This document shows, piece by piece, positions 50,583 to 62,628 of a stretch of DNA of 64,000 nt. The stretch lies in the NCBI GenBank assembly GCA_002633005.1, contig NMRA01000470.1, forward strand, positions 124,001 to 188,000, in the 5' to 3' direction. The notes beneath the pieces are model-generated. The model ran no database searches and was not told the origin of the DNA. It saw only the letters and a list, made by a program, of their open reading frames with translations. The translations under genes were made by a program, and so were the position numbers. Position 1 is the first letter of the stretch. The number at the start of each line of letters is the position of its first letter. The DNA is from Phoronis australis (Eukaryota; Animalia; Phoronida).

Positions 50583-53500
50583 TAGTGCTCCAGAAATCCC
50601 AACTTAAAAAAAAATGCAACAGAAGTTTTTCTGCATAAATGGCATCTTTAAACATCCCTTGGTGCCAGAAAAAGTCTACCGAAATCGGAGTGGCGGAAGT
50701 CGGTTTTTCAAGATGGCGGAAAATGGCCGACAAAACCGGCGTTTTACTGTTTTTGGCATGTTTCTCCTATGTGACAGCTGCAAATAAAACAATAAAGCGA
50801 CTTTGTCCTTGATTATATTATTTTAATAATGGACATACTAATCAAAACATGCCAATTTTTTGTAAAATAAAGCCAATATGGTCGAAAAAATGGCTGCCGA
50901 AACGGCAATTTGGTACATGTTGCGAATTTTTTTTATATTTTGCCCTGAAAATTGCAGAATTCCTATTCTTTTGTAAATTAGACAATTAAAAATATCTGGA
51001 CCTTACAGTTGGTCACTGGTTGGAGTGAAAAATTTCAAGATGGCTGACAAAATGACCACCAACTAACAAAACCCCAAATTACCGCACGTGCATTCTGCAA
51101 ACTTTGTTTGTAATCTGAAAAGCGTTTATACAGAAACAATTTAGAATCTACAGTCAGGCTTAATGAGTTGATTGTTTATAAAATTTGTTTATAAAAGATT
51201 TTGATACTAAATTTGGAATTTTAATCAGATTTTAGATTATTTAACATATAAGTTTATGTGTTTTACGCAAACCCTGAATCACATTGGGCAGGGAGAGGTT
51301 TTGCTCTCTGCTATTGGAGATATTATAAGTTGTTCCCATGCAAAGATTCGTCTGCTCTACTGACATGAGTGGAGAATGTAGCTGCTGATTTCACCTGAAT
51401 TTGATGAAAAGTAAATAAATTTGTGTAACAAAAAGTTAATAATTAATGTTTAACATTTAGTACTCACAATTGGTTTAATATGCATGCTTTTTATGAACGC
51501 CGGTAACTGATTTTTAGACGAAATTAGTGATAGCAAACCAAACAACAGTTATCTGCCAGTCGTGGTGGATTGCATACCGAGATGAGCTTGCTGGGTTCTA
51601 TTGGATACGTATTGTCAAGCACCAGGCTTCAAGAAGTTCTTGTATCAATATGTTAAATGGAAAAAGTGTGGATACAGCAGTGAGGGGGCCTATGTTGGTA
51701 GACTCAGCACTAAATGCTATCATAACAGCCAGAGAATTCATCATCCCACTTCCAAATATTGACAGATCAAGTGACACCGATCCAGAGCCAATGACTTCAG
51801 AATTTGAAAAAGACAAGTTCCGGTTCTTCAGAAATTCCAGGAGTCTCGAATGTCACCAACACAGAACACAAAATTCCGTGCCAAGAGGTGGAACAATTCA
51901 CTGTTTGAACACAAACTTTGGCTCGTCAGAATATATAGACACAGATCTTTCAAACATCCCAACTAATCACATAACTAGGGATGTATACAATGTGACATGC
52001 CACGCACAGACAGTGTCTTCCGATTCTGAACCTTGGATTATAGTGGAATACTATCACAAGAGTTCATTCCTGCCTTCCAACAAAGTGCCATTGGTGTACT
52101 CAAACATGACTGAATCAGAGCATACTAGGTCTTCAGAATTCGCAGTGACAGAAAATGGTTCGTCAGAAGAATCAATGAATCATTGATCAACTTTCAAATC
52201 ATCATCAAATATATCAGATATATTTGATGATGATTTGAAAGCTGGTCTGAGGTTGTATGATCTTACTGCTGGCATGACGTCTATGTGTGGCGATGTATGC
52301 TTGTCGGAGTGTCTTGTAGGATTCAAAAAAAAACGAAGCACATAAATCAGATTTGTCCTTGCATTGTCGAACCAGATTCTGTGCAGGTTCGACATCTGGC
52401 CCTGTAATTGAACAAACGCTCATGAAAACCATTAAATCAACAAGAGGTTTAACTAGAGGTCTAAGAATGGGAGATACGCAGCGTACACAGTGGCTGATTT
52501 CCTTGCCGGCATGCTCAAGTATAAATGATGCCACGCAGAGTGTGACAAACTTGAGTTGTGAAACAAGTGAACAGCATAAAGAATGTACCCAGGCAAAACA
52601 GTCACGGGATGACAAAGACATCTTAAGCGTCGTTGAATTCTTACACAACAGAAATCCATTTTAAAGAGAAACATTACAGAACATAGCCACTTATGTTACT
52701 GCAGGCACACGCGTCAATGCCGAGGGGAGGGAAAGGCCATTCTCGTGTTTCTGGAGGGATCGAGTGTGAAAGAATTCACATTCAGAAAGAAAAGCAAGGT
52801 TGTGGCAACGACAAGTCCACCAGTTCATGTTACCAGTAATTATTTTACACAAGAGGATCCACAACTGCTATTTCAGCAATTACTGACAGCTGCAAAAGAC
52901 AACAGTGAAAGTTTATAGAGCCTTTTGAAGTTTGAGCTGTGTGTTGGTTCCACCGCTCTTTTCGATACATCTGGTCTTCCGAGAGTCGCTAATAAAACAG
53001 CAGTGGGTGATGTACTCTGGTCCAGTGGGGGACAACTACATGAGGATTACCAATTTCCTGAAAACACTATGATGCATGTATCCGACGGCGGCTTTCTCTT
53101 TCACCGTATTCTATGGCCTAGAGGTGCAACGTTATAGTCAGTTGGTAGAGCTTATGTGGATTACGTCAGCAAGTAAACCCAGCCTACTTTTGTTTTTGAG
53201 TCAAAGAAGGAAGTTCACATTTTTGGCAAAAAGCAAAAACAAACAAAGATTCATCCACTTCTTGTCGAATATGCCAAGACGCGATGGTTTAATGGTAGAA
53301 ACAGCTGTGGAAAATGCAGCACAAGGTCCTACTACACTCATTGAAGACGATACAGACTTGTTGGTTCTTTTGTGTTACCATGTTACTTCACAACAATGCC
53401 CATTATTCATCATATCTGACAAGAGGCGTCAAAGCAAGAGGAGAGTTTGGGACATCAAGGAACTACAATTGCCTCTGGCCATTTGCGCATGCAATACGTC

Positions 53501-54931
53501 GTTGCGGTACAACATCGTGGTTGTTCGGTATTGGCAAGGCTCTCCCATTTAAGAAACTTTGTGTTCGAGAAATCTTCGAAAACGTTAGACTATTCGTTAG
53601 ACCCATGCAGCTGAACCAAGACATATTCGAAGCTGGTAAAAGAGTTGTGCTTTATGGCGGCACTGGAAATTTGGATAACTTGCGCTGCAGGCGATTTATG
53701 GAAAGGTGCCAACAACTGCTTCAGCAACTAAATTATATGCTACCAGGACAAGAGCAAGAGTGGTCAAGTTTCTGTGGGTGTGACCTAGTCCCGCTGGATT
53801 GGAGATGGATGCTGACAGGTGGAAAACTCATTCCCACGACGACGAACCAGCCAGTAGCACCAGAGAACCTGCTGAAAGTAGTAAGATGTCCGTGCAAGAA
53901 CAATTGCAGTTTCAAGAGATGTACTCGCAAGGCGTTAGAATTCCCGTCTCGGTTGAATGTGGAGAATGCAGTGATATAAGCTGCAGCAAGTCATTCTCAG
54001 TTGAAAGACATTGGTTGTATAAATACTGGTTGATTGTGTACAGATTTTGATCACAGACTGAGAATTATTGCTTGGGGCAAACGTGACAAACGTGTAACAT
54101 CACTAAAGAGAAGTCTAGCGTGAGCTGTAAATTGTTTTAACTTGCTAAAAATTCCTTGCTAAACATTTCTCCTGTCTCAACTGTTGCTGTATTCACTAGA
54201 ATTTACAACTAACTGGAGGTGACACAGGCGGCCAATTGGTGTGAACAGTAGGTCACTAAATTAATCGCGGAGAATTATTTTCGATACAGCACATTTTTTC
54301 AGGAGAATGGCCCTTCAGTCCAGGCGAACATGACGTTTTTAGTATTTTCTGAACAATCTTGAAAATGGTTGTCGAAACCAGACAAAAATAATTTTAATGG
54401 ACATGTTGATCTATGAAACTCAGGATATGACATCTGTGAAGATGGTAGGTCTCTGGAATCTGAAGTTCTTAAATGAAGCAACTAATTGGAGGCCATTTTG
54501 TAAAATGGCGGAAGTAATCATAAGAGCAAAATGCAATGAGCCTCAATGGATTAATCGACCCTGAAAACTTATGATACAATGTTTAAATCAAGACAACACA
54601 CTAATCAGATCGTGCAAAGTTGTGCAACTCGAAGTAGTTTCGGCGGCCATCTTGGAAAATGACGGATGTTGTCACCACAGTCGTCCAAAACTATTTCTAT
54701 TGGATTTGTTGACCTTTTTGAATTTTTACAATATCACAGTCCAATCTCGAGATATAATGGTCGTATGCAAATCCGCCAGCCATTTTGTCCGTCATCTTGA
54801 AGAAACAACTTCCGCCACTCCGATTCCGGAATACTTTTTTCTCACACTAAGGGGTGTGAGAGGATACGATTCATGCAATAAAACCTTCTGTTTCAATTAT
54901 CGTTTTGAGCGAAAGTACAAAAATGCCACTT
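50583..54931 (+). mobile_element. Decayed Academ-like (AcademX-type) DNA transposon
   Basis: Long imperfect TIRs (GAAATCGGAGTGGCGGAAG..CAAGATGGCG at ~50680 vs CATCTTGAAG..CTTCCGCCACTCCGATT at ~54795-54825) and a left end starting TAG. The broken ORF shows IEQTLMK..GLTRG, DPQLLFQ, DGGFLFH..WP, the XPG/PIN-like DDTDLLVLL and HA..CGTTS.LFGIGK motifs, and a C-terminal Cys cluster RCPCKNNC..RC. Confidence 0.7.
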
Positions 54932-55124
54932 GAAAATTTTATTTTCAGAGGTGAAAAAACAAAGCCAAAAGTCTTTTCGTCCTAGAAAGTTGCTGAAAAC
55001 CAAGGAGTTCGCAGGCATGGCGCCACGTGAGAGTCTGGGTTATGTTGTTTGAGGCGCTTCATAGCAAAGCCTGCATTTATTTCAGTATGTCAAATGACAC
55101 GAACACAAGCGTATAAGTACGTAC

Positions 55125-55445
55125 TTAGCGTTTTCAGTGTGGTTAATTTGTGAGCATTGAGTGTTGGGGTACGAGTATTTACGGCAGAGCATGCGGCACT
55201 GTCACCATCTATGGTGTCTTGTCCGTGTGTTGTCTCCATCGTGCTAACGTAAAAGCGCTCTTTAGCGTTCGAAGTCAATTCTCTTGATTCATGTGATAAC
55301 AAAGACCACTTGATATTGGCCTTGGGCCACACTGCATCTGTGACACAGCTGATCGTGTAGTGAACGTTGTTGAGCAAAAGTAATTTGCCGTCGCGACTTG
55401 TTCTATTGCCGGGAAATGCTCGTATCTCCAATGCAGTCGGACCAT
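55125..55445 (-). CDS. Ig-like domain exon 4, phase 1-1
   Basis: Acceptor AAACAG|AT GGT CCG; donor CTA A|GTACGT; 321 nt. Reads ISCVTDAVWPKANIKW..DGDSAACSAVN. Confidence 0.9.
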
Positions 55446-56446
55446 CTGTTTGAAGTAAGTAACAGATCTTCATGCAACGTTGCAGTCGTTGTCTAGCAAT
55501 TTCAAGAAACATAAATTTTCTGAGAACTGAACATATATTACACCCACCAAAGTATAGTGTTTATCTCTTGAAAAGTTGCATATAGGCTCGTAAACAAGAG
55601 TAACAAGTTTTAAAATGCGATTTGCCGAGCGATGGTTTAGTTAAATGCCTGTAAAAGACGCGCTGGACAGTGCTCGAAAAGTTCACTCAGTTTGGTTAAG
55701 CCACTCAAATGGCGATGCACAGTTTAAAGATGAGTTGTTATAGGATCGGTTTTAAAAATAAGTTGGAATTAGAGATAACGTAATTGACGCGGACTGGTTT
55801 TAGAAGGACTAGCTAGACCTATAATTTTCTGGAGCGTACTTTATGACAAAGGAAATTAAATCTTATCGTGGTAAGAAAACTTTCGAGTTCAATTTTGGCG
55901 GAGTGAGTTGCCTAGTTTTGATCAAGTTGTTCTCTGACAGTTAAATGGAAGAAAGAGAACGATTAAAGTATAGGTCAACTAACACAAATGACCTGCTCTG
56001 CAGCTCCCCCAGGAACAACCGTTGATCATATTGAATACAGAAACTATTTATCTGTCAGGGGATTCTGCGATTTCTCATTCTTCCATTTTTGCTTAAATAT
56101 TCAGACAGTCTATTTCGAATTGCTGTACCTGCAAGGTTTTTTTTTCGGAAACAGATTTGCATTATATGCGATCCTTTAATATCACAGTGCTTTACGTTCT
56201 CGTCTTGGAACCTATAACAATTTCCCGCTGATGAGCACCACCATGTTCAATTTAACGCTCTGGGGTTTTCTGTATGCCCTGGGTAGCGTTCAGTAACTCT
56301 CTCGCGACTATAAAAATCTGATCAAAATCACGTGGACTCGTTTAAAATACACGGCAATATCTCACGTAATCTCGCGAAATCTTACTTTTTAGCGAGGTAC
56401 TAGCGTAACGTTACTGAATTCTACCCCGGTTCATATGTTGACTTAC

Positions 56447-56749
56447 ATGTTATGTCGAGTTTGAAAGACTTTCTGAGTACTGGCGACTGCAAATGTGGGA
56501 TCCGAGAGGCAGAACACGTAACATCCTCTTGGTTTATTGCCGGAGACGAGATAATTTGCGTTTCTTTCTGGTATTTCATCATCTGTTGAAGTGTATCGGA
56601 TTCTTCACCAAGTGACCAGTGCATTTCTGCACCAGGGTTTACGTCATCAGTGCTACATATAAATATTTCTATGGAATCTTTGTCGGAGACAAATGTTAGT
56701 CCAACCTCGTTGCCATTTATCGTTGTAATGCTTAAAACTGTCGGTCCAT
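56447..56749 (-). CDS. Ig-like domain exon 3, phase 1-1
   Basis: Acceptor CTTCAG|AT GGA CCG; donor ACA T|GTAAGT; 303 nt. Reads FICSTDDVNPGAEMHW..VTCSAS..KLDIT. Confidence 0.9.
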
Positions 56750-57179
56750 CTGAAGTAGGTAAGTCACAGCAAGCCACGTAAACGAGTATGAAAATTGCTA
56801 TTAACTCAAGACTTGACTGAGGAATTGCACATCACGTAAAATTCTGCGTTTTTGTCACCTTTTCTGAGCCTCGCTTCCTTTTTGGTAGAAAAAAAGGGCC
56901 AAAACATGAGACAGAATAATTGTCGTGACTTTTGAGGTGAAATGACTCACAACTGTTCAATTTGTACATACAATTTTCGACAGAGTGGAAGGTAGGTAGT
57001 AAGTCAAGCGACATGCGCACTGCTAGTTTGAACTCAATGGGAACTGCACAGTGCCTTTTAATCAGTGCATAGAGAAGCAACACATGATGATACCGAAGAA
57101 CATGTGATATGACGTCCACGGTGATTTACTGATTCAACGATAACCGACATTTTGGTGCTTTATACACAAAAGACAAAGA

Positions 57180-57286
57180 NNNNNNNNNNNNNNNNNNNNN
57201 NNNNNNNNNNNNNNNNNNNNNNNNNNNNNNNNNNNNNNNNNNNNNNNNNNNNNNNNNNNNNNNNNNNNNNNNNNNNNNNNNNNNNN
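57180..57286. other. Assembly gap (N run)
   Basis: Run of Ns. Confidence 0.99.
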
Positions 57287-57289
57287 CTC

Positions 57290-57337
<48 letters not shown>

Positions 57338-57465
57338 TCTTCCTCTACCCCTCTCTCCTTTCCTCCCTTCCTTCTCCCTCGCTTCCTCCCTCCCTCTTCT
57401 TTCTCCCTCCCTTCTTGGCCCCGACCCTACCTCACCCCTCTCTATTCATACCTCTCTCTTCCTCA
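57287..57465. repeat. (CT)n microsatellite and pyrimidine-rich low-complexity tract
   Basis: CTCTCT... directly after the gap. Reads next to gaps can be unreliable. Confidence 0.9.
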
Positions 57466-57510
57466 AACCGCGGCCAATGATAATGAAGACAATAAAGCAC
57501 ATTAACTTAC

Positions 57511-57843
57511 AGTGAACTCTAACTGTATAGATCTTGAATTCTACAGCCTGGATCTTTGTGTTAGAAGCATAACATTTCAACGAGATTTTGTCTAATTCTT
57601 TGTTGGCTCGTATTGTGATGTTCCCACGGTACGCTAACCCGCCATACAAACTATTTGAAAATGACACCTCGGACTTGGTTCCTTTAAGAGACTGCCATCT
57701 CATGCTGATCTCTGGGTACGAACTGTCCGTCGAGCATTCTAGTGTGTAAACGGACCCGAGCATCACGTGGAACCTTTTGCTGTTGTGATCTAAAAGCCCT
57801 GGGACTTCACTCAGGTCTAGCACTGTCAGCTCAGTAGGGCCAA
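57511..57843 (-). CDS. Ig-like domain exon 2, phase 1-1
   Basis: Acceptor CTTGTAG|TT GGC CCT; donor CAC T|GTAAGT; 333 nt. Reads YTLECSTDSSYPEISMRW..LKCYASN..TVRVH. Confidence 0.9.
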
Positions 57844-58180
57844 CTACAAGTTACATTGTCAAAGTCAAGCACGTGAGTCAGAAAGTTTATTCCCGAGTTA
57901 ATCGAATCTGGAAACCAATACCAAAAGAGAAATAAATAAAAAACTTACCGCGTTATTTAGTCAAAATTTCATTGCAAATCCAATTGAAAACACTCACAAT
58001 TCACTAAAAGCAGCACGCTGTTTTGGAATCATGGAGTGTCGATACGAACCCGTTGATTGGCGCTTCAAGTAAGAGTTTGCTTGTTCATTTCACGCGTGCC
58101 GTGGATTGTTGGTTTCGCGACAGCACTCCAACAGTACCGGAATATCTTATCGAAATTTGATATTATCAACTATTACTCAC

Positions 58181-58513
58181 ATGCTACTTCAATAGTGGCT
58201 CTGACACGTTTCTTGAACTTGTGTTGTTGTACATTATGTGCTTCACAAAGAACCTGCTTCTTGTTTAAATGACGTGTGTATGTGAATGTAAAATTCTGCC
58301 TGAATGTTGATGCATTCGAAGCACTATGTTGACTAGAGCGATAAAGTTTGCCTTTTATTCCCCAATCGGCCGTCCACGTCATTTTAACACTTGGCCAAAC
58401 CAAATCTGTCTCGCAGTATAACTTGCACGTTTTGTTTTCAACACCATTCAGAATACCGTTGTTGATCGATAGCTTTTTCCACTCTTCGCTAAGTGTCAGT
58501 TCATCTGGCCCGT
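58181..58513 (-). CDS. Ig-like domain exon 1 (most 5' exon found; no start or signal-peptide exon identified)
   Basis: Acceptor TTTGTAG|AC GGG CCA; donor GCA T|GTGAGT; 333 nt. Reads KLYCETDLVWPSVKMTW..FTF..VLCEAHN..IEVA. Confidence 0.9.
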
Positions 58514-58849
58514 CTACAAATCACGAAAGTGAGACCTATTTGCCAAAATCGCTGAATTTTTAAGATTTTGGAAGCTGGAATTTTTGACATTTTTCCTACA
58601 CTTTTTGAATGATACAAATAAATACATCAAAAGCGATGGACGACTATCAAAAAACTGGGTTAAACGTGCGATAAACCAGCGCCTACTGGTGAAAAAGTCG
58701 ATTTACTTACCCTTAAAAAGTCAGCCTCACCTTGTTCCCTAACCTGATTGCGCGTACGAAGAGATGACAGTTCAGTATTATTGTTCTTCAGATCAGTCTC
58801 CTTATCACGGCACATTGGTAGGCCATTGATCTTAAGCAATATTAAAACC

Positions 58850-59885
58850 ACTTCGAAGTCACTATTCGCACAGGCATCTTTAATCAGCCCCTTGACGATA
58901 TACGACAATGAGGATAATGGTATTCAACTGCTTTACAATAGGGCCGCCCGTCAGACGCTTCAATCTCTATCTCTAGCTCTGTTGAAGCACTCCACATTCA
59001 AAGTCGAAGATTCTGAAGTGGCGCACAACACAAAGCATATCAAATCTGGGATTAATTGAAAACACATATTTTATCGGCAACTGCAACACATTTACTAGTT
59101 ACATTTGCTGACATCGAAACCAATAAATATCATAAAAACTTCCAGACTTTCCTAAATTCAATCGGCAATGTTCACGGCAAAGCGCAGTTCCCGAGATGAT
59201 TTATTGGTGTCAACTAATGCTCGCAAGGCCGCTCGCAATATCAGCAGAACGCTTACATCAACTAAAAACAGCGACAGCAGAAACAGCGTAAACGGGGAGG
59301 CGCTTGACGGATCATGCCGAGTTGACCAGAGTTCGGCCTCGTGTGATGAGGTCAAAAACCATGGTTGGCATTGCCTCTGTAATTCGACCATTTAGTTAAC
59401 AAAATCATATACTTGTGTTTCTGTGTTTGTACCTAATTTAGGAGGAACGGGACGAATTTCGAAAGCCCTTAGAAATGTTGACTTATTTTTATTGTACCCA
59501 ATCAGTGTGCTCCTGGAGAGGTATAAAGGATACTGTTACTGTTTTTAATTGGTTTGAGCGTTCTGAAGATGTTTTTAGCAGTCTTAGTTGACACCAGTGA
59601 ATCGTCACGGACTCTAGGCTTTGCTGTAAATGTCGCCGATTGATATCGGAAAATCTGGCGGTATTGCATGTATGATTTTCATTGGTTTCGATGTCAACAA
59701 ATGTAACCAGTGAACGTGTTGCAGTAGCAGATGTAATGTGTGACTTAAATTATTCCAAAATTTGACATGCTTAGAGTTATTCCGGAAGTGTCTGACAGGC
59801 AGCCACATTGGAAAGCATACTTTTCTCTTTGTTATAGTATATCTTCGAGGGGCTGATTAAAGGTGTCTGTGCTATTCGTGACGAA
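58850..59885. repeat. Diverged inverted duplication (58850-59215 vs 59585-59885)
   Basis: The reverse complement of the left arm (TTAGTTGACACCAATAAATC.., ATTGGTTTCGATGTCAGCAAATGTAAC, AGGGGCTGATTAAAG) matches the right arm (TTAGTTGACACCAGTGAATC.., ATTGGTTTCGATGTCAACAAATGTAAC, AGGGGCTGATTAAAG). Confidence 0.8.
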
Positions 59886-59982
59886 ACGTGATCACTTCCC
59901 AGTGAATAGTTTCTGAAGCACATATCTCTGTATTGGTTACTTGGCATAATAATTGACCTACTAAAACGCATGCACAGTATAC

Positions 59983-62410
59983 CATTGTCATTGTCATTGT
60001 CTCAGGGACAGATATCACTGCACATTGGACAGGTCCACAAGTGCTAAGTCCTTCTCTGCAGTAGCCAAAAAAGAGTCACACTGCTGATGGTTCCCATGTT
60101 GAGCTGGTTAATCCGGTATCTACTTTATCCACGTAACGTGGTTCTGATGTCGCTTCCTCTGACAAAATGAAGCTCAGTTAGTCTGTCCAGTGTGGTGCTT
60201 TCTGAGAGAGCCTCCATCTCCTGGTCTTTCAGTGCCATCAAAACATCCTTTTCGCTCCAAGTGACATCTTCCAAAAGTTCTGCCTTTCCTGCCAGGTCAT
60301 CTGCTCTTTCATTCCCCGTCACTCCAGCATGTCCAGGGGTAAACAACCACACCAGGTGTTTCAGCCTGCTTCCTTCTATTGCTTCCTTCCATTCTGGTTT
60401 AATGAAACCACTCTTGATTTTGTTAAGCATGCTCTGCGAGTCCGTAGCAATGACTGCCCCTGTGTAGCGGGTGGTACGGAGCCATCCTAGAGCTGCTGTG
60501 GCTGCCTGCTCGTCCATCCGTATGCTGGTGGTCATCAAGTATGCACCTCTTTGCTCTGCAACACATCGAGCTCTCACGCGTGCTGTGAATCCCCAGCCAG
60601 ATTTGACACCCCTGACGCCTGACCCATCTGTGAAGATAATGGCATCCGATAGTTTGCTGTTCTCTTCAATAAGTACACAGACCTCAGTGTTCACAACTAC
60701 TCCACTGCGTTCTCGGCATTCCCGTCGCAGTGTGATGAAAACCTTTGTGCAATTAGCCAATGTGTCCCTAATAGGTTTCCACTCTTTGTCTCTCCTTATG
60801 CTCCCAGTCTTGCACACCGAAGCAACCGTATCCTCCGCTTGAGCCGTCCAAGATCGTCCGCGTTTGATTCGGCTACCCTTATCTATTCCTATTTCTTTGT
60901 ACAGAAGGTGGTCTTTGTCAGATGCCACTCAGAAGAGTGCCTTGACTTGAGCATGCTTGTGTCGGTGTGTGATGCTTGGTAATCCAAGAACATGGCGCAT
61001 TGCATCAGTTGATGTGTTTCTAGTGCAGACCGAGACTACCCTCATGCCTTCATTCTGAATTTTTTTAATTTTGGATAGCTGGGTCTGTGACATAGTTGTT
61101 ATCCCAAAGCCATAGTCTATGGCAGCCAACACAAGAGCCTTAAATAACAGCAACAGTAATCGTTTTTCCATTTTAGCTTTTGCCATCGTCTTCAGAGCCG
61201 AGAGTCCTTTTGCACACCTTTTGACAAAGCTATCTGCATGCTCCTTGAAGCTCAAAGTGCGATCCAAGGCTATGCCCAGGTATTTGAGCGTGTGAGTTCT
61301 TTTAATAGTGGAGCCTTCTATTTCGACGGCTGGCATTACTTTGCTAATCACTTGTTGAGAGAGCACCACATCGCAGCTGCTTTGGCATTAATCACTGATC
61401 CAGTGTCTTCACACCATGTTGACACATCTTTGAGGTGTGTGCTGATGCCTTCGGCCATTCTGATGTGGTCTGTCCCATGTGCATATACAGGCGCGTCATC
61501 TGGAAATGTGAGAATCCTCCCGTGTTCAATATTGATTGTATAGTACCGGGGACAAAGATGATCCTTGTGGAAGTCGAGGATTCAGTCTCATAGGGTCAGA
61601 GAGCCACGACCCCAACCTCAGTGCCGCTGTACGTTCCATCAATGCAGCGGCTATCCAGTTGATGATGTAATGGTTGACCTAACAATCTAAATGCAGATTC
61701 ACCAACTTCTCGTAAGATACACGATTATATGCGTCCTCGAGGTCAATCGCCACAGCCGGAGTATCTTCCTTCCTTTGGAATGCTTCATATACATCATACG
61801 AAAAAATGGCCACATTGGCCCATGTGACTTTCCCGGTCCTGTAGCTTCCAAGAGTTTGTGGAAGTAGCTTCCTATTCTTCAGGTCCCATGCGAGTTCTCG
61901 GGCCACAATGCGCTCCATAAGTTTGCCAATTGTATTTTGCATTATTATTCTATAGCCATTCAGCAGGCTTAGGAAGCACAGCCAAGAAGCTGTGTAGCCA
62001 ATCCTCGGGAATTATACCTTTCTCCAAGCTTTCTTGGTACAAAGCGGCCAGCTCTTCAAGTTCTGCATCATCAAGTTCTCGGATCGCGTCATAGTCCACT
62101 CTATCTGGTTCTGGGGATGTGTTTTTCATTGTCTTCAGGGTGCTGCGAAGATATTCTACCGTAATAGTGAACGGCACCTCGTCAGTCGAAGCAAGCTCAG
62201 TGAGTACCGCTTTTGTGCTCTTGCGCTGCTCCAAATTTCTCTGATCTGTTTGATCAATGTACCTTTCCAAAAAGTCATTCATTTGCTTTCATCAGTCACT
62301 AGAACTGTTCCATTCTCAGCTTCCACGTTTCCGAAGTTTGTGGAATCACTCTGCCTGTTCATGCTCTTATGTAACTTCCAGAATTTGATCAGTGCCCTCA
62401 GTGTGTTAAA
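59983..62410 (-). mobile_element. 5'-truncated non-LTR retrotransposon with RT and RNase H (I-group/Ingi-like), inactivated
   Basis: RT motifs MQNTIGKLMERIV, AIDLEDAYNRV, PQGSSLSP, FPDD and LKYLG. RNase H motifs IFTDGS, E, ATDSQS and PGHAGVTGNERADDLA. C-terminal H..TCP. 3' (GACAAT)n tail at ~59983-60001. Contains stops and frameshifts. Confidence 0.9.
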
Positions 62411-62628
62411 TAGGCAGACCACTAATATAAAGCAATGTAAAATTTAAGGAAAATGAAGGTTTGTCTAGTATTAGTGAGTGCGTGGTAGAATGATTCGTCG
62501 TTGGACGTTTAACGCAAATTATAGTGATCACAAGAGAATAAATCAACAAACCCAAGACCTTGGAGTGTATAGGGTCAATTATTTATTTTTCTTCATGTCA
62601 ATTGGGTGTCATGGGTCACGGAAACAAG

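Noticed and set aside
26621-58513. Dscam-style mutually exclusive exon cluster
   Set aside because: The exons are whole domains, very divergent and widely spaced, and I saw no docking/selector sequences. A tandem multi-domain ectodomain is the simpler reading, though skipping is not excluded.
58660-58908. Minus-strand ORF with a GTAAGT donor as an upstream exon of the Ig gene
   Set aside because: No Ig or signal-peptide features, the donor is phase 0 in that frame, and it overlaps the decayed inverted duplication.
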